A DNA stretch of 64,000 nt from Dehalococcoidia bacterium (GCA_965207225.1 CBDBLV010000005.1:1920001-1984000), one strand, 5' to 3'. Shown: positions 1 through 10,382, counted from the first letter of the stretch. Notes: generated by a model not told the origin, from the sequence alone. Program-made: numbers and translations.

Positions 1-3000
1 CGCGTAGACGGCAAGGTAGGCGGCGTTTTGGATTCCGGCCTCGACGAAGACTGGCACGGCGTCAGCCTGACCGCAGGCCGGACCTACTGGATGAAGGCGT
101 GGGGGTTTGAAGCGGGGGTGTTCTGCATACACGACGCCTGGGGCGATTGCACGCAAGAGCGCTGGGGCTACTTGGACGATGGCTTCGTTTTCACGCCAGA
201 GAAGAGCGGGACCTGGTTCATCGGAGTCCGACCATCGGGAGTTATAGGGCAATGGCCCCCGACCCCGAATCAGACTGTCCCGCCCGGGTTGCTGGAAGTG
301 GAACTGCAATCGCTAGCCGAAATCGCGGAATATGAGAAAGCCTACGTGCTGGAAGTGGCCACCGTCGCCGACGATTACCCCGCCGACGCGACCACCACCG
401 GTCAATTGAGCGCCGACGGCAGCGCGGCCACCGGCCGCAATGAAACCCGCGTGGACGTGGACTGGTTCCGGGTCAGCCTGAGCACCGGCGTAGAATATTA
501 CATCTACGCCGATTCGACGCTGACCAAGTCGGGACTGGCGCACCCGCTCCACGCCAGGGTCGAAGGGGTGTACGACGCCGACGGCAACCGCGTCGCCAGC
601 GGCGTAGAATCCCCACTGGCGGCGACGGCCCCGGACGCTGTCGTAACTCCGGACGCCGATGGTACCTACTACGTCGCCGTCACGGGCAACTTGTACAACT
701 ACCGACTTGCCCGGCATCCTGCCGCGGACACGGGCGAAAGACCTTTTATCGATACCCCCTATTCTCCTGGCAGTAGTTTCACTGCATCCATCGAGTACGC
801 AACCTGCCTGCTGACTGCTCTCGACTGTTATGATAGTTTCTGGGGATTAAGTTTGGGCAACGGGGTTGAATCCTCGGATTGGCACAATGGCGGTGTCCCC
901 TACCAGCTGTCCGTAGTCACTGGGGAGGACGACTACGCGGACCACCGGGACACGACCGCCAGCGTCGCGGTCGGTGGGTCGTTGACCGGAGCCATCGACT
1001 ACCCGGGCGACGTGGACTGGGTCGCGGTCACGCTCCCGCCTGGCAGCCTGTATGAATTCAAGGTTGAGGGTGTTGCCGCCAACGGCAAAGCGACTTTGCC
1101 GGATCCCCATTTCACGGATTTGCTTTACGCGGCGGGTGGGCGCTTCCGTGGTATGCGCAGCGCGGTATGGCGTTGGTCGCAGCATGACGTCGGGAAACCG
1201 GTGGATGTCGTAAACACGGACGATATGGGCTGGCACCGGCCCCCTGCGAGCCGCCTGTTCTTCCCCGGTTATGAGAACATCTATTTCATCGGCGTGACCT
1301 CGGCGGAAAACCGCGAAGGTGTTCTGGATACCGGCGCCTACCGGGTTAGCGTATCCATCGTCCCGCAGGACCCGGAGGGAGACGACAACTCCACGACCAG
1401 CGCCCTGACCGTTGATGGCGGAGCCGTCGAAGCGCATATCGATTCCGGCGGAGACGTGGATTGGTTCGCCGTCCAGCTCGAGGCCAGCCGCAACTATATG
1501 CTCGGGGTATCCGTGCACTGCCCGTACACGGACTGCGGTTGGGCCAGTGGCACGGACCTTGAGGTAAAGCTGGTTGACGCCAACGGCAAGGCAGTGTTAC
1601 CACCCGGCCTGGGCAGTGACGATGGCATTTATGACGAAAGCCACGAAGGCGTTCAAATTGAGGCCTCGGGCACGTACTATCTCGTGGTCAGGACAGGCTT
1701 TAATTTCCACTGGTCCGGCCAGAAGCTCAAGTACAACGCGTGGGCCAGCCTGCTCCCGGATGATGAGGCGACCGACGACATCCATACCACCGCCGTGTTG
1801 CCGCCGGCCGTAAAGCAGTCCAAGCGGGGGGAAATCCAGTACCCGGGCGACGTTGACTGGTACCGGGTCACGGTGCAGGCCGGTTGGTCCCATACCTTCA
1901 CGGCGGTCTATAATCCCGCCCACCGCGTTGCCTACTACGGAGCTGAGGTCACCCCCAGCCACCGGGTTGACGGACTGTTTGATTCAACTGGCGCGCCGGT
2001 CTATGACAAAGTCTACTTCTACGATGAGCGGGGGATCAAGCAAAAGGCTTACGCGCACACAAAACGGAGCGGCAGAAGCTGGCGGGAGCTCATTTTCGAG
2101 CCGGATGCGGACGGCGCCTATTACGTGGCGGTCTCTGGAAGCCTCGGCCCGTACCAGGTGAGACACCGGTCCGCGGTTGCCGCCGCCGTCCCGGTCCTGT
2201 CCATCACGGCCGACGCAGCGTCGGTCGCCGAGGGCGGCAGCGCGGAGTTCACCCTGACGGCCAACCCTGCCCCCACGTTGGACCTGGCGGTGAGCGTCAC
2301 GGTGTCGGCCAGCGGCGACTACGGGGCAACCACGGGGAAGCGGACGGTGACCGTCAGCACGGGCGGGAAGGCCACGCTGACCGTCGCCACCACCGGGGAC
2401 GACGCCGACGAACCCGACGGTTCGGTGACGGCCACGCTGGATACTCCGGCCACCGACGCCGGCTACAAGGTGTCAGCGGCCCAAGGCGCAGCCACGGTCA
2501 CCGTCTCCGACGACGACGGACCCGCCCTGCCGGTGATCAGCGTGACCTCCGACGGCGACGTGACCGAGGGCTCAGGCGCCAGCTTCACGGTGACGGCCAG
2601 CCCGGCGCCGGCGGCGGACCTGGACGTGAGCGTCACGGTCTCCGCCGACGGCGACTACGGAGCCACGACGGGACAGCGGACGGTGACCATCCCGGCGGCG
2701 GGCTTCGTCACGCTGGCGGTGGCCACCACCGGCGACGACGTTGACGAGGCCGACGGGTCGGTGACGGTCACCATCGACGCTGACCCCGACCAGGACGACT
2801 ACCTGGTGTCCCAGACCCAGGGGGCTGCCACGGTGGCCGTCTCCGACGACGACGCCCCGGCGGGAGCGGACTACACCGACTACCAGACGGTGGTGGACTA
2901 CCTCATCGAGGTGCGGGACAATCCCGAGAACGCGGCCGTGAAGGGGAACCCCGCGCACATAAAGAAGTGGAACCGGGTCCTGGCCGCCGTCGGCTACGAC

Positions 3001-5715
3001 AGCGGCGAGTCGGCGATGCCGGCCTCCGAGATCCACGACAACGCGGCGAAGTGGTCGGACAGCCCGTTCCACGCGGCGTCGGTGTACCTGACGAGCCTGG
3101 AGCAGCAGCAGGGCCAGCTGCAACAGCAGACGCCTGAGGTGGGCGTCACCGGCGGCGGGGCCGTGACCGAGGGCGGCGACGCCGTCTTCACGGTGACGGC
3201 GAGCCCGGCCCCGGCCTCCAACCTGGGCGTGAGCGTCACGGTGTCCCAGAGCGGCGACTACGGCGCCACCACGGGCCAGCGCACGGTGACGATACCCACC
3301 ACGGGCAGCGTCACCATCACCGTGGGCACCACGGACGATACTACTGACGAGACCGACGGGTCGGTGACGGCAACGGTGAACGCCGGCAGCGGCTACACGG
3401 TGTCCTCGACCCAGGGGGCGGCCACGGTCGGCGTGGCGGACAACGACGCCGCCCCCACGCCGGTGGTGAGCGTCAGCGCGGGCAGCGGCATCACCGAGGG
3501 CGGCAGCGCAAGCTTCACCGTCAGCGCAAACCCCGCCCCCGCCGCCAACCTCGACGTGAGCCTCACGGTCTCGCAGAGCGGCGACTACGGCGCGACCACG
3601 GGCCAGCGCACGGTGACGATACCCACCACGGGCAGCGTCACCCTCACCGTTGGCACCACCGACGATACTACTGACGAGACCGACGGGTCGGTGACGGCCA
3701 CGGTGAACGCGGGCAGCGGCTACACGGTGTCCTCGTCCCAGGGGGCTGCCACGGTCGGCGTCGCAGACAACGACGACCCGGTCGTTGAGGAGCAGACGGG
3801 CTACACGGTGGACCCGGACGTGATCGCGAAGGTCAGGGAGCTGGCGTCGCAGACGCAGCACGGGACGGCCCACGTGAACCGCTGGAACCGGGTGCTCGTC
3901 GCCTTCGGCGAGCACGACGGCACCGGCGTCACGGGCGGCCCGATGACGGCGGCCGAGGCGCAGGATATGGCGGACAAACACAGCAGCCCGGTGTGGGACG
4001 AGGTGGTTGCCGAGCTGACGGCGCTGGAGGCGGCGTCAACGCAGACGCCACCGCCGCCCACGCCTGAGGTGAGCATCACCGCTGGCAGCGGGGTGACCGA
4101 GGGCGGCGACGCAACCTTCACGGTGACGGCCAGCCCGGCCCCGGCGGCCAACCTGGACGTGAGCGTCACGGTGTCGCAGAGCGGCGACTACGGCGCGACC
4201 ACGGGCCAGCGCACGGTGACGATACCCACCACGGGCAGCGTCACCCTCACCGTCGGCACCACGGACGACAGTACTGACGAGACCGACGGGTCGGTGACGG
4301 CAACGGTGAACGCCGGCAGCGGCTACACGGTGTCCTCGTCCCAGGGCGCGGCCACGGTGGCCGTGGCCGACAACGACGACGCCCCCACGCCGGTGGTGAG
4401 CGTCAGCGCTGGCAGCGGGGTGACCGAGGGAGGGGACGCAACCTTCACGGTGACGGCCAGCCCGGCGCCTTCGTCGAACTTGGACGTCAGCGTCACGGTG
4501 TCCCAGAGCGGCGACTACGGCGCGACCACGGGCCAGCGCACGGTGACCGTCCCGACTTCGGGCAGCGTCACCCTCACCGTCGGCACCACCGACGATACTA
4601 CTGACGAGACCGACGGCTCGGTGACGGCCACGGTGAACGCGGGCAGCGGCTACACGGTGTCGTCCACCCAGGGCACGGCCACGGTCGGCGTGGCCGACAA
4701 CGACGCCGCCCCCACGCCGGTGGTGAGCGTCACCGCTGGCAGCGGGGTGACCGAGGGCGGCGACGCCACCTTCACGGTGACGGCCAGCCCGGCCCCGGCG
4801 TCCAACCTGGCGGTGAGCGTCACGGTATCGCAGAGCGGCGACTACGGCGCGACCACGGGCCGGCGCACGGTGACCGTCCCCACCACGGGCAGCGTCACCC
4901 TCACCGTCGGCACCACCGACGATACTACTGACGAGACCGACGGCTCGGTGACGGCCACGGTGAACGCGGGCAGCGGCTACACGGTGTCGTCCACCCAGGG
5001 CACGGCCACGGTCGGCGTGGCCGACAACGACGCCGCCCCCACGCCGGTGGTGAGCGTCACCGCTGGCAGCGGGGTGACCGAGGGCGGCGACGCCACCTTC
5101 ACGGTGACGGCCAGCCCGGCCCCGGCGTCCAACCTGGCGGTGAGCGTAACGGTGTCCCAGAGCGGCGACTACGGCGCCACCACGGGCCAGCGGACGGTGA
5201 CGATACCCACCACGGGCAGCGTCACCATCACCGTGGGCACCACCGACGACAGTACGGACGAGACCGACGGCTCGGTCACGGCCACGGTGAACGCGGGCAG
5301 CGGCTACACGGTGTCCTCGTCCCAGGGCGCGGCCACGGTGGCGGTGTCGGACAACGACGCCGCCCCCACGCCGGTGGTGGAGGAGACGGACGAGGCCGTG
5401 CTGGCCGACTGCGGCGACAGCAGGCCCACGGTCCTGATCAACAACCCCACGGCCAGCCGCAGCGACGCGACGGTGGAGTTCGAGGTGAGCCTCGACTGCA
5501 AGCCGAGCGGCTCGGTGACGCTGCTGCTGTCGGTGCTCCGCAACGGCGATATCAGCAGCGATCCGGTCACCTACGCCGCCCTGGACGGCGAGGAAACGTC
5601 CATCACGGTCACGGTGGAGATCAGGGACTCCCAGGAGCTGGGCCTCACCCTGGCGTGGAGCTCGGGCGTGGCGAACCGGACCGAAACGACCGGCAACGTG
5701 GAGTTCACCGACTAG
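1..5715 (+). CDS. Giant surface/secreted protein with PPC-like (DxDW) repeats and Calx-beta-like repeats; 5'-truncated by the window edge
   Basis: Frame 1 is open from base 1. The N-terminal half has repeated 'GDVDWF/Y.V.L' motifs. The C-terminal half has ~109-aa repeats (VTEGGDATFTVTASPAP...TTDDTTDETDGSVTATV...VADND) and two 'RWNRVL/KWNRVL' helical inserts. Confidence 0.8.
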   Translation, partial: RVDGKVGGVLDSGLDEDWHGVSLTAGRTYWMKAWGFEAGVFCIHDAWGDCTQERWGYLDDGFVFTPEKSGTWFIGVRPSGVIGQWPPTPNQTVPPGLLEVELQSLAEIAEYEKAYVLEVATVADDYPADATTTGQLSADGSAATGRNETRVDVDWFRVSLSTGVEYYIYADSTLTKSGLAHPLHARVEGVYDADGNRVASGVESPLAATAPDAVVTPDADGTYYVAVTGNLYNYRLARHPAADTGERPFIDTPYSPGSSFTASIEYATCLLTALDCYDSFWGLSLGNGVESSDWHNGGVPYQLSVVTGEDDYADHRDTTASVAVGGSLTGAIDYPGDVDWVAVTLPPGSLYEFKVEGVAANGKATLPDPHFTDLLYAAGGRFRGMRSAVWRWSQHDVGKPVDVVNTDDMGWHRPPASRLFFPGYENIYFIGVTSAENREGVLDTGAYRVSVSIVPQDPEGDDNSTTSALTVDGGAVEAHIDSGGDVDWFAVQLEASRNYMLGVSVHCPYTDCGWASGTDLEVKLVDANGKAVLPPGLGSDDGIYDESHEGVQIEASGTYYLVVRTGFNFHWSGQKLKYNAWASLLPDDEATDDIHTTAVLPPAVKQSKRGEIQYPGDVDWYRVTVQAGWSHTFTAVYNPAHRVAYYGAEVTPSHRVDGLFDSTGAPVYDKVYFYDERGIKQKAYAHTKRSGRSWRELIFEPDADGAYYVAVSGSLGPYQVRHRSAVAAAVPVLSITADAASVAEGGSAEFTLTANPAPTLDLAVSVTVSASGDYGATTGKRTVTVSTGGKATLTVATTGDDADEPDGSVTATLDTPATDAGYKVSAAQGAATVTVSDDDGPALPVISVTSDGDVTEGSGASFTVTASPAPAADLDVSVTVSADGDYGATTGQRTVTIPAAGFVTLAVATTGDDVDEADGSVTVTIDADPDQDDYLVSQTQGAATVAVSDDDAPAGADYTDYQTVVDYLIEVRDNPENAAVKGNPAHIKKWNRVLAAVGYDSGESAMPASEIHDNAAKWSDSPFHAASVYLTSLEQQQGQLQQQTPEVGVTGGGAVTEGGDAVFTVTASPAPASNLGVSVTVSQSGDYGATTGQRTVTIPTTGSVTITVGTTDDTTDETDGSVTATVNAGSGYTVSSTQGAATVGVADNDAAPTPVVSVSAGSGITEGGSASFTVSANPAPAANLDVSLTVSQSGDYGATTGQRTVTIPTTGSVTLTVGTTDDTTDETDGSVTATVNAGSGYTVSSSQGAATVGVADNDDPVVEEQTGYTVDPDVIAKVRELASQTQHGTAHVNRWNRVLVAFGEHDGTGVTGGPMTAAEAQDMADKHSSPVWDEVVAELTALEAASTQTPPPPTPEVSITAGSGVTEGGDATFTVTASPAPAANLDVSVTVSQSGDYGATTGQRTVTIPTTGSVTLTVGTTDDSTDETDGSVTATVNAGSGYTVSSSQGAATVAVADNDDAPTPVVSVSAGSGVTEGGDATFTVTASPAPSSNLDVSVTVSQSGDYGATTGQRTVTVPTSGSVTLTVGTTDDTTDETDGSVTATVNAGSGYTVSSTQGTATVGVADNDAAPTPVVSVTAGSGVTEGGDATFTVTASPAPASNLAVSVTVSQSGDYGATTGRRTVTVPTTGSVTLTVGTTDDTTDETDGSVTATVNAGSGYTVSSTQGTATVGVADNDAAPTPVVSVTAGSGVTEGGDATFTVTASPAPASNLAVSVTVSQSGDYGATTGQRTVTIPTTGSVTITVGTTDDSTDETDGSVTATVNAGSGYTVSSSQGAATVAVSDNDAAPTPVVEETDEAVLADCGDSRPTVLINNPTASRSDATVEFEVSLDCKPSGSVTLLLSVLRNGDISSDPVTYAALDGEETSITVTVEIRDSQELGLTLAWSSGVANRTETTGNVEFTD
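3130..5380 (+). repeat. Coding tandem repeats of ~327 bp (Calx-beta-like units)
   Basis: Near-identical units; for example acggtcggcgtggccgacaacgacgccgcccccacgccgg recurs at 4681 and 5008 (period 327 bp). Confidence 0.9.
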
Positions 5716-5745
5716 GCCGGGACATACGAATCGGCAAGAGGACAG

Positions 5746-5780
5746 AAGGGGGGCCTGTGGCAATGCCGCAGGCCCCCCTT
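5746..5780. terminator. Strong hairpin, probable bidirectional terminator between convergent genes
   Basis: aaggggggcctgtggc-aat-gccgcaggcccccctt inverted repeat between the stop of the surface protein and the stop of recombinase 1. Confidence 0.75.
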
Positions 5781-5822
5781 GCTCTAGTTGCGGGGCGGCT
5801 AGGTAATATACTAACGTGGGTG

Positions 5823-7478
5823 TCAGGATCGCCGGAGTGAAGTTGGATCACCCATCCACAATTCGAAAATGGTTCTGCCTATCGTCAACTCAGGCCCACC
5901 AGAGACTCCCATACTGCGAACTTTCCGTCCCAGGGCGACCTCGGCAAGGTCGGCCCCGCCTATGGGAGAGTCCTCCGGGGTGGGGATTGTGTAGTGGATC
6001 GTGGCCCTGCCGGGCCTAACCTCGATCTCGCTGACGAAGGACCGGATGAAGGCCCGTGACTCGGTGATCTCGCTCTCCCTGAGGAACTCGCTCATGTCCT
6101 GGGCGAAGGCGGTGATGGTCTCCACCTTGTCCAGCGTCACCCTTCGCTTCGACAGGACGGCTCTGGCCTCCTCAGCGGCGGCCTCCAGCTTCTCCTTGCG
6201 CTCCCGGAGCTCCTTGATGCGGTCCGTGGCGTCGGACATCTCGATCTCGGTGGTCTCGATGACCTGCCAGATGCGTCCCAGCCGACGCTTCACGTCCTCA
6301 AGCTCCTCGTCGATGACCTTCAGCCGCTTGCGGTGCTCCCGGGCCACACCGTCCATCTCTTCGTCCACCATCTTCACCAGGTCCCGGATGTTGGACTCGA
6401 TGAGGATGTTGTCCCGGATGTTCTCGACGATGAGGCCCTCGAAGCGCTTGGCGTTGAGCCTTGGGGTTTCGCAGGTTCCCCTGCCCTTCTTGAGCAGGGA
6501 ATGGCAGACGTAGTAGGTGTATTTGCCGCCCTTGGCCTCGGCGGCGGTGAGGGCCTTGCGGCACCGCCGGCACTTGACCAGCCCACTCAGCAGGTAGGGG
6601 CTGGAGGCCCGGCGGGGGTGGACGACCTTGGGGGCGCGGGACTTGAGCAGCCGTCTCACCTGCCGGTACTTGCTCTTGGAGACCAGGGCGGGGAACGCCT
6701 TCTCCACCCTGACTGGCTCGGCTTTGTCCTTGGACTTGGTTCCCCACACCAAGACGCCCGTGTAGGCTTCGTTGGTCAGCATGGTGTGGACGGCGCTCTT
6801 GAGCCACTGCTTGCCCCTGGGAGAGGGGACGCCCTCTGCGTTGAGGGTCTTCGTGATGTCCAGGGAGCTTTGGCCCTGGAGGGCCATGTCGAAGACGCGC
6901 TTGACCACGGCGTCGGCGGGCGGGTCGGGCTCCAGCCTGGGGCGCTTCTTGGCCCCGTCCTGGACGTAGACCTTGCGGTAGCCGTAGGGTGCGAAGGTGG
7001 CGACCCAGAAGCCACGTGAGGCCGCCTCCCGCATTCCACGGGAGACCTCCTCTGCAAGATTGGCGCTGTAGAACTCGTCCACGGACTCGATGATGGCCTC
7101 CATGAGCTTGCCGGTGGGGGAGTCGTCGGCGTGTTCGGTGATGGAGACGACGCGGATGCCCCGCCTCCTGAGCATGGACTTGAAGGCGACGGCGTGCTCC
7201 CGCTTGCGGGTGAATCTCGAAAACTTCCAGACCAAAATCTCCTGGAACGGGGCCTCGGGCTTGCCCGCCTCGTCCAGCATCTTCTGGAACTGGGGCCTGT
7301 CTGCGATGCGGCCGCTCTCGGCCTCGTCCACGTACTCCCTTGCGACGACGTAGCCGTTCTTCTGGGCGTAGTCCCTGAGCGCCCGCATCTGGGCGGCCAC
7401 GGACAGGTCCACGTCCTGCCGGTCGCTGGACACCCTGGCGTACAGGGCGACGGGTATCAGGTCAGTTCTCTCGTTCAT
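5823..7478 (-). CDS. Large serine recombinase (resolvase + recombinase + Zn-ribbon domains)
   Basis: YARVSSDRQ catalytic motif, SRFTR, LLSGLVKCRRC...YYVC zinc ribbon, coiled coil; RBS GAGGAGG. Confidence 0.95.
   Translation of the reverse strand: MNERTDLIPVALYARVSSDRQDVDLSVAAQMRALRDYAQKNGYVVAREYVDEAESGRIADRPQFQKMLDEAGKPEAPFQEILVWKFSRFTRKREHAVAFKSMLRRRGIRVVSITEHADDSPTGKLMEAIIESVDEFYSANLAEEVSRGMREAASRGFWVATFAPYGYRKVYVQDGAKKRPRLEPDPPADAVVKRVFDMALQGQSSLDITKTLNAEGVPSPRGKQWLKSAVHTMLTNEAYTGVLVWGTKSKDKAEPVRVEKAFPALVSKSKYRQVRRLLKSRAPKVVHPRRASSPYLLSGLVKCRRCRKALTAAEAKGGKYTYYVCHSLLKKGRGTCETPRLNAKRFEGLIVENIRDNILIESNIRDLVKMVDEEMDGVAREHRKRLKVIDEELEDVKRRLGRIWQVIETTEIEMSDATDRIKELRERKEKLEAAAEEARAVLSKRRVTLDKVETITAFAQDMSEFLRESEITESRAFIRSFVSEIEVRPGRATIHYTIPTPEDSPIGGADLAEVALGRKVRSMGVSGGPELTIGRTIFELWMGDPTSLRRS
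5871..5922 (+). other. att junction 1 (E0|E1), 52 bp, central CC at 5896-5897
   Basis: ggttctgcctatcgtcaactcaggc CC accagagactcccatactgcgaact; 25-2-25 geometry; lies inside the 3' end of recombinase 1. Confidence 0.85.
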
Positions 7479-7505
7479 CGGTCTCGTCCTCCTCTCTATG
7501 TTCCT

Positions 7506-9782
7506 CTAGGTCTTGGAGATTCCTTCAACCGAACCGTCGGCGTTCTCCACGGCGATCCGAACGATCTCGACAACCTCGTCCAGAAAAGCCTGCGTGGGCG
7601 GATCCATGACGGAGCTGATTGACGGCGCTGCTGCTTCGTAGATGTGCGCCATCCGATCCGCTCGTTGAAAACTGGACCCCGCGCCCCTGAACCCATAGGC
7701 GGCTTGCCACTCGCTGGGATGAGATCGGATTAGTCGCCGCTCAGCGAGGGCGCGGATGCCGCCGAGCACCTCTTGGCGTATCTGATCAATGGCGGCCCTG
7801 CCCTCATCATCATCTGCCGGAGCTCTGGTCCATCCGGCGGGTTCGTTCAGCCAATGGGATGCACTCTCTTGAAGCTCCCTGATCAGATCGGCAACCGGCC
7901 TCAGGGTGTCATATTCGTTGTCCCACAGGTTGGCAATACGTCGGCATAGCGCTTTGACCCGAGCCCAGTGTTGCTTCTTGGTGCCCTCATGGTAGCTGAG
8001 GCCCAGCCTGCCCCACCAGGGACCCTTAAACCCATCGGTGGCGTCACGCAGAGCGAGTTCCAAACGAAGGACGTTGTAAATCGGCGCGGCTGTTACCGGC
8101 TCGGGAGGCTTCGCGGCCTCCTGCATTTCGACCAAAAGCTTGTGCATCTGGTCGAGGATGGGGGTTGGGATGCTCTCGGTGGGTCGATTCAATCCTCCAA
8201 GATAAAAGTTGCGGCTGTCCAGTCGACGCTCCAGTATCTCCGTGACCGGCGCCCCCAGCGCATCCCGCATCCCGGACAGGGCGTTGCCGATTGAGGCCTG
8301 GACGTGGTTGACCTTCTGGGTATAGCTGCGGAGATTGTCGCCCCGTACTTGGTCGAAATGCGTGAAGACAACACCGAGCTTGTGACCGTGGCCACCGGTG
8401 CCGACGGAGCGCAGGAGTTCGAGGGGAGCAGCCTGCATAGGCGATTGAGCGTTGTCTATCAGCAGGATCATGTCTGCCTCTTGGAACCTGTCGGTTACCT
8501 TGGTGGAGATGCTCGTTGCCTCCCTAGCTGAGTGACCAAGGCCTTCGCCGTCCAGCAGAACCAGCCGGCGGTCACCGTCTTGCAGTTTAGTCGCAGCGGG
8601 TTGGAATGGGCCGCTTACGCGGATGCCGTCAACCAGAGGCGTCAGCAACCGCCCAAATTGCTGGGAATGGTTGCCAGTGAACCATCTCACCTGTCGTAGA
8701 AAGGCAGTTCGGTCACCCTCTTCGTAGTACCATAGTATGGGCCACCCCGTTGCCTCTCGCTCAAAGTCGCCCTCTGCAATCAGACCAAAGCGTTCCTCGA
8801 TGGACTCCATGATGTCCACGGAGATATCCGTGAATCCCTGATTTTCGTACAGCGCATCGGTGAACTCTTCTATCCACGCGTCCCTTCGCGTGGCGCTATC
8901 CATGTCATCGTACTTGCCGCTTCTCGGCGCGATCTGTTCTTGGACCGCCATTGCGATTTCTCTGATGCGAACGACGTACCCTCTCAGGTGCTCATTGTTC
9001 TTTGTCAACTCGCCAACGGCGACAACTTCGTCATCTGGCAGCGTCACCGCGGGACCCTCTTCATCTTCGAACAGGCGATCCATCTCATGGTCTGGTGACT
9101 CTTGCTGCCATGTGCCGAGTGGATATGAGAGACGAAAGCGTTGTTCGGGATGCTCCAACAGTGCTCCGGCGATGCCCTCATCGTCTTGACCTCGAATTAC
9201 ACTGGCGCATGCCTCTTCGAGGCACTCGTCGACAGCTCCCCTTACTTCGTGCTCGTTCATGAACGTGATCACAGACTTGAAGGGGCCTGTCGCCGTGGTG
9301 ATAATCTCAATGTCAGCAGTTGTGGTCTTTGCCGTTGACGTAGAGGGGAAACGGTCCCGCGTGTGGTCGGAGCCGATAAGTTGGCGCAGTAGCGTGGTCT
9401 TGCCTGCTCCCGTCGACCCAACGAGCATGACACGGGCATAGCCGTCATCAGGCGTCGGCAGAGGAAGCATCTCTTCCCTGCGCTCCTTGGACTTGATCTT
9501 GCCGACCTCAATGCCGTCGAAGAACGCTGAGACGACGATGGCGTCGAATCGCTGCGACGCCTCGGTGCGTCGGTCAAGGGACCACCAGGATGGGTCAGCG
9601 AGGATTTCATTGAGATGCCCGACCAGATGGTCCGCCGTGGAGTCATCTGCCGTGCCAAGACCTCGACGCACCTTCAGACCAAACTTGCCCCGGGCGTCGG
9701 TCCTGCGCGGATGGTTGAATGTTACGCTCCAACCGGGACGGTTAGAGCGCGTCTTGCTGGCCGTGTAGATTGTCGTCGTCAT
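7506..9782 (-). CDS. P-loop GTPase (dynamin-like/TRAFAC), hypothetical
   Basis: G1 GSTGAGKTT, G2 KTTT, G3 DGEG, G4 THFD. Start moved to ATG 9782, which follows an AAGGAGG RBS. Confidence 0.7.
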   Translation of the reverse strand: MTTTIYTASKTRSNRPGWSVTFNHPRRTDARGKFGLKVRRGLGTADDSTADHLVGHLNEILADPSWWSLDRRTEASQRFDAIVVSAFFDGIEVGKIKSKERREEMLPLPTPDDGYARVMLVGSTGAGKTTLLRQLIGSDHTRDRFPSTSTAKTTTADIEIITTATGPFKSVITFMNEHEVRGAVDECLEEACASVIRGQDDEGIAGALLEHPEQRFRLSYPLGTWQQESPDHEMDRLFEDEEGPAVTLPDDEVVAVGELTKNNEHLRGYVVRIREIAMAVQEQIAPRSGKYDDMDSATRRDAWIEEFTDALYENQGFTDISVDIMESIEERFGLIAEGDFEREATGWPILWYYEEGDRTAFLRQVRWFTGNHSQQFGRLLTPLVDGIRVSGPFQPAATKLQDGDRRLVLLDGEGLGHSAREATSISTKVTDRFQEADMILLIDNAQSPMQAAPLELLRSVGTGGHGHKLGVVFTHFDQVRGDNLRSYTQKVNHVQASIGNALSGMRDALGAPVTEILERRLDSRNFYLGGLNRPTESIPTPILDQMHKLLVEMQEAAKPPEPVTAAPIYNVLRLELALRDATDGFKGPWWGRLGLSYHEGTKKQHWARVKALCRRIANLWDNEYDTLRPVADLIRELQESASHWLNEPAGWTRAPADDDEGRAAIDQIRQEVLGGIRALAERRLIRSHPSEWQAAYGFRGAGSSFQRADRMAHIYEAAAPSISSVMDPPTQAFLDEVVEIVRIAVENADGSVEGISKT

Positions 9783-9822
9783 AGCCCCTCCTTGCGTTGT
9801 TCTGTGTTGTACGAACCATCGC

Positions 9823-9851
9823 ATTATGGACCTCAATTTCTGGAATGTCAA
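9823..9851 (-). promoter_or_regulatory. Sigma70-type promoter for the GTPase (and possibly the recombinase)
   Basis: TTGACA-17 nt-CATAAT on the minus strand. Confidence 0.75.
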
Positions 9852-9989
9852 GTCCTTGGGGAACAACTGAGAACAACCTCCTCTATCTACTGGGGAATTG
9901 CCCATGGGCAGCCCGCTTGTGCGGAAATGAGTGATACGTCAAGCCCATCGGGGCACCTGGGGCTGGCGAGTCCTGCGACGGGGTTCGGC

Positions 9990-10382
9990 GTCGAGGCAGG
10001 TCGCCGGGATTTGGTGCTCTGCAACGAATTGTACTTTCGGGAGCTGTTGGGGGCTGACACGGTAAGTAGTGGGAATGGCCTTTTGTCCCCTATAGGAAGT
10101 CCTGGGAACGGCTCGGTGGGACAAGTTGCGGCATGTTGCGCAGTCTTCGGCGTCCGTGTGTGGGACGCAGTGGCCGGGCGGCTGTAGGCAGGAATCGTAG
10201 CTGAGGGATGATGGTGACGGGGGGTGTGATGCAGCGGGGAAGACGGCCTGACCGGTCGGTTCTGCAACGGATTGTACTGTGGTGGGCGGTAGCGGAGATG
10301 CGCGACCGGTCACGTGGGCAAGTTGTCCCAGCAAGGCTGCTGGGACAGCCCCTATTGGAAGGGTTCGGAACGGAAAGGGCGG
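9990..10382. other. Conserved non-coding region downstream of the Replic_Relax-like gene (candidate origin), type A
   Basis: Homologous to 44330-44710; GACCGGTC palindromes at 10250 and 10304. Confidence 0.55.

Larger units (their letters stand above)
1..5897. mobile_element. Right end of integrative element E0 (partial)
   Basis: 5851-5900 closely matches the right end of E3 (52967-53016): cccatccacaattcgaaaatggttctgcctatcgtcaactcaggcccacc vs cccatccaaagctcgaaaacagttctgcctaccgtcaacttaggcccacc. Confidence 0.65.

Noticed and set aside
2572-5763. Long minus-strand ORFs (469 and 575 aa) and similar shadow ORFs opposite the recombinases and Replic_Relax genes
   Set aside because: Antisense shadows of GC-rich coding DNA, Arg/Gly/His-rich with no recognisable motifs.
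5860-5905. tRNA or tmRNA fragment at the CCACCA cores
   Set aside because: Only 8 bp match a 3' end; no T-arm or cloverleaf is visible at any of the four sites.
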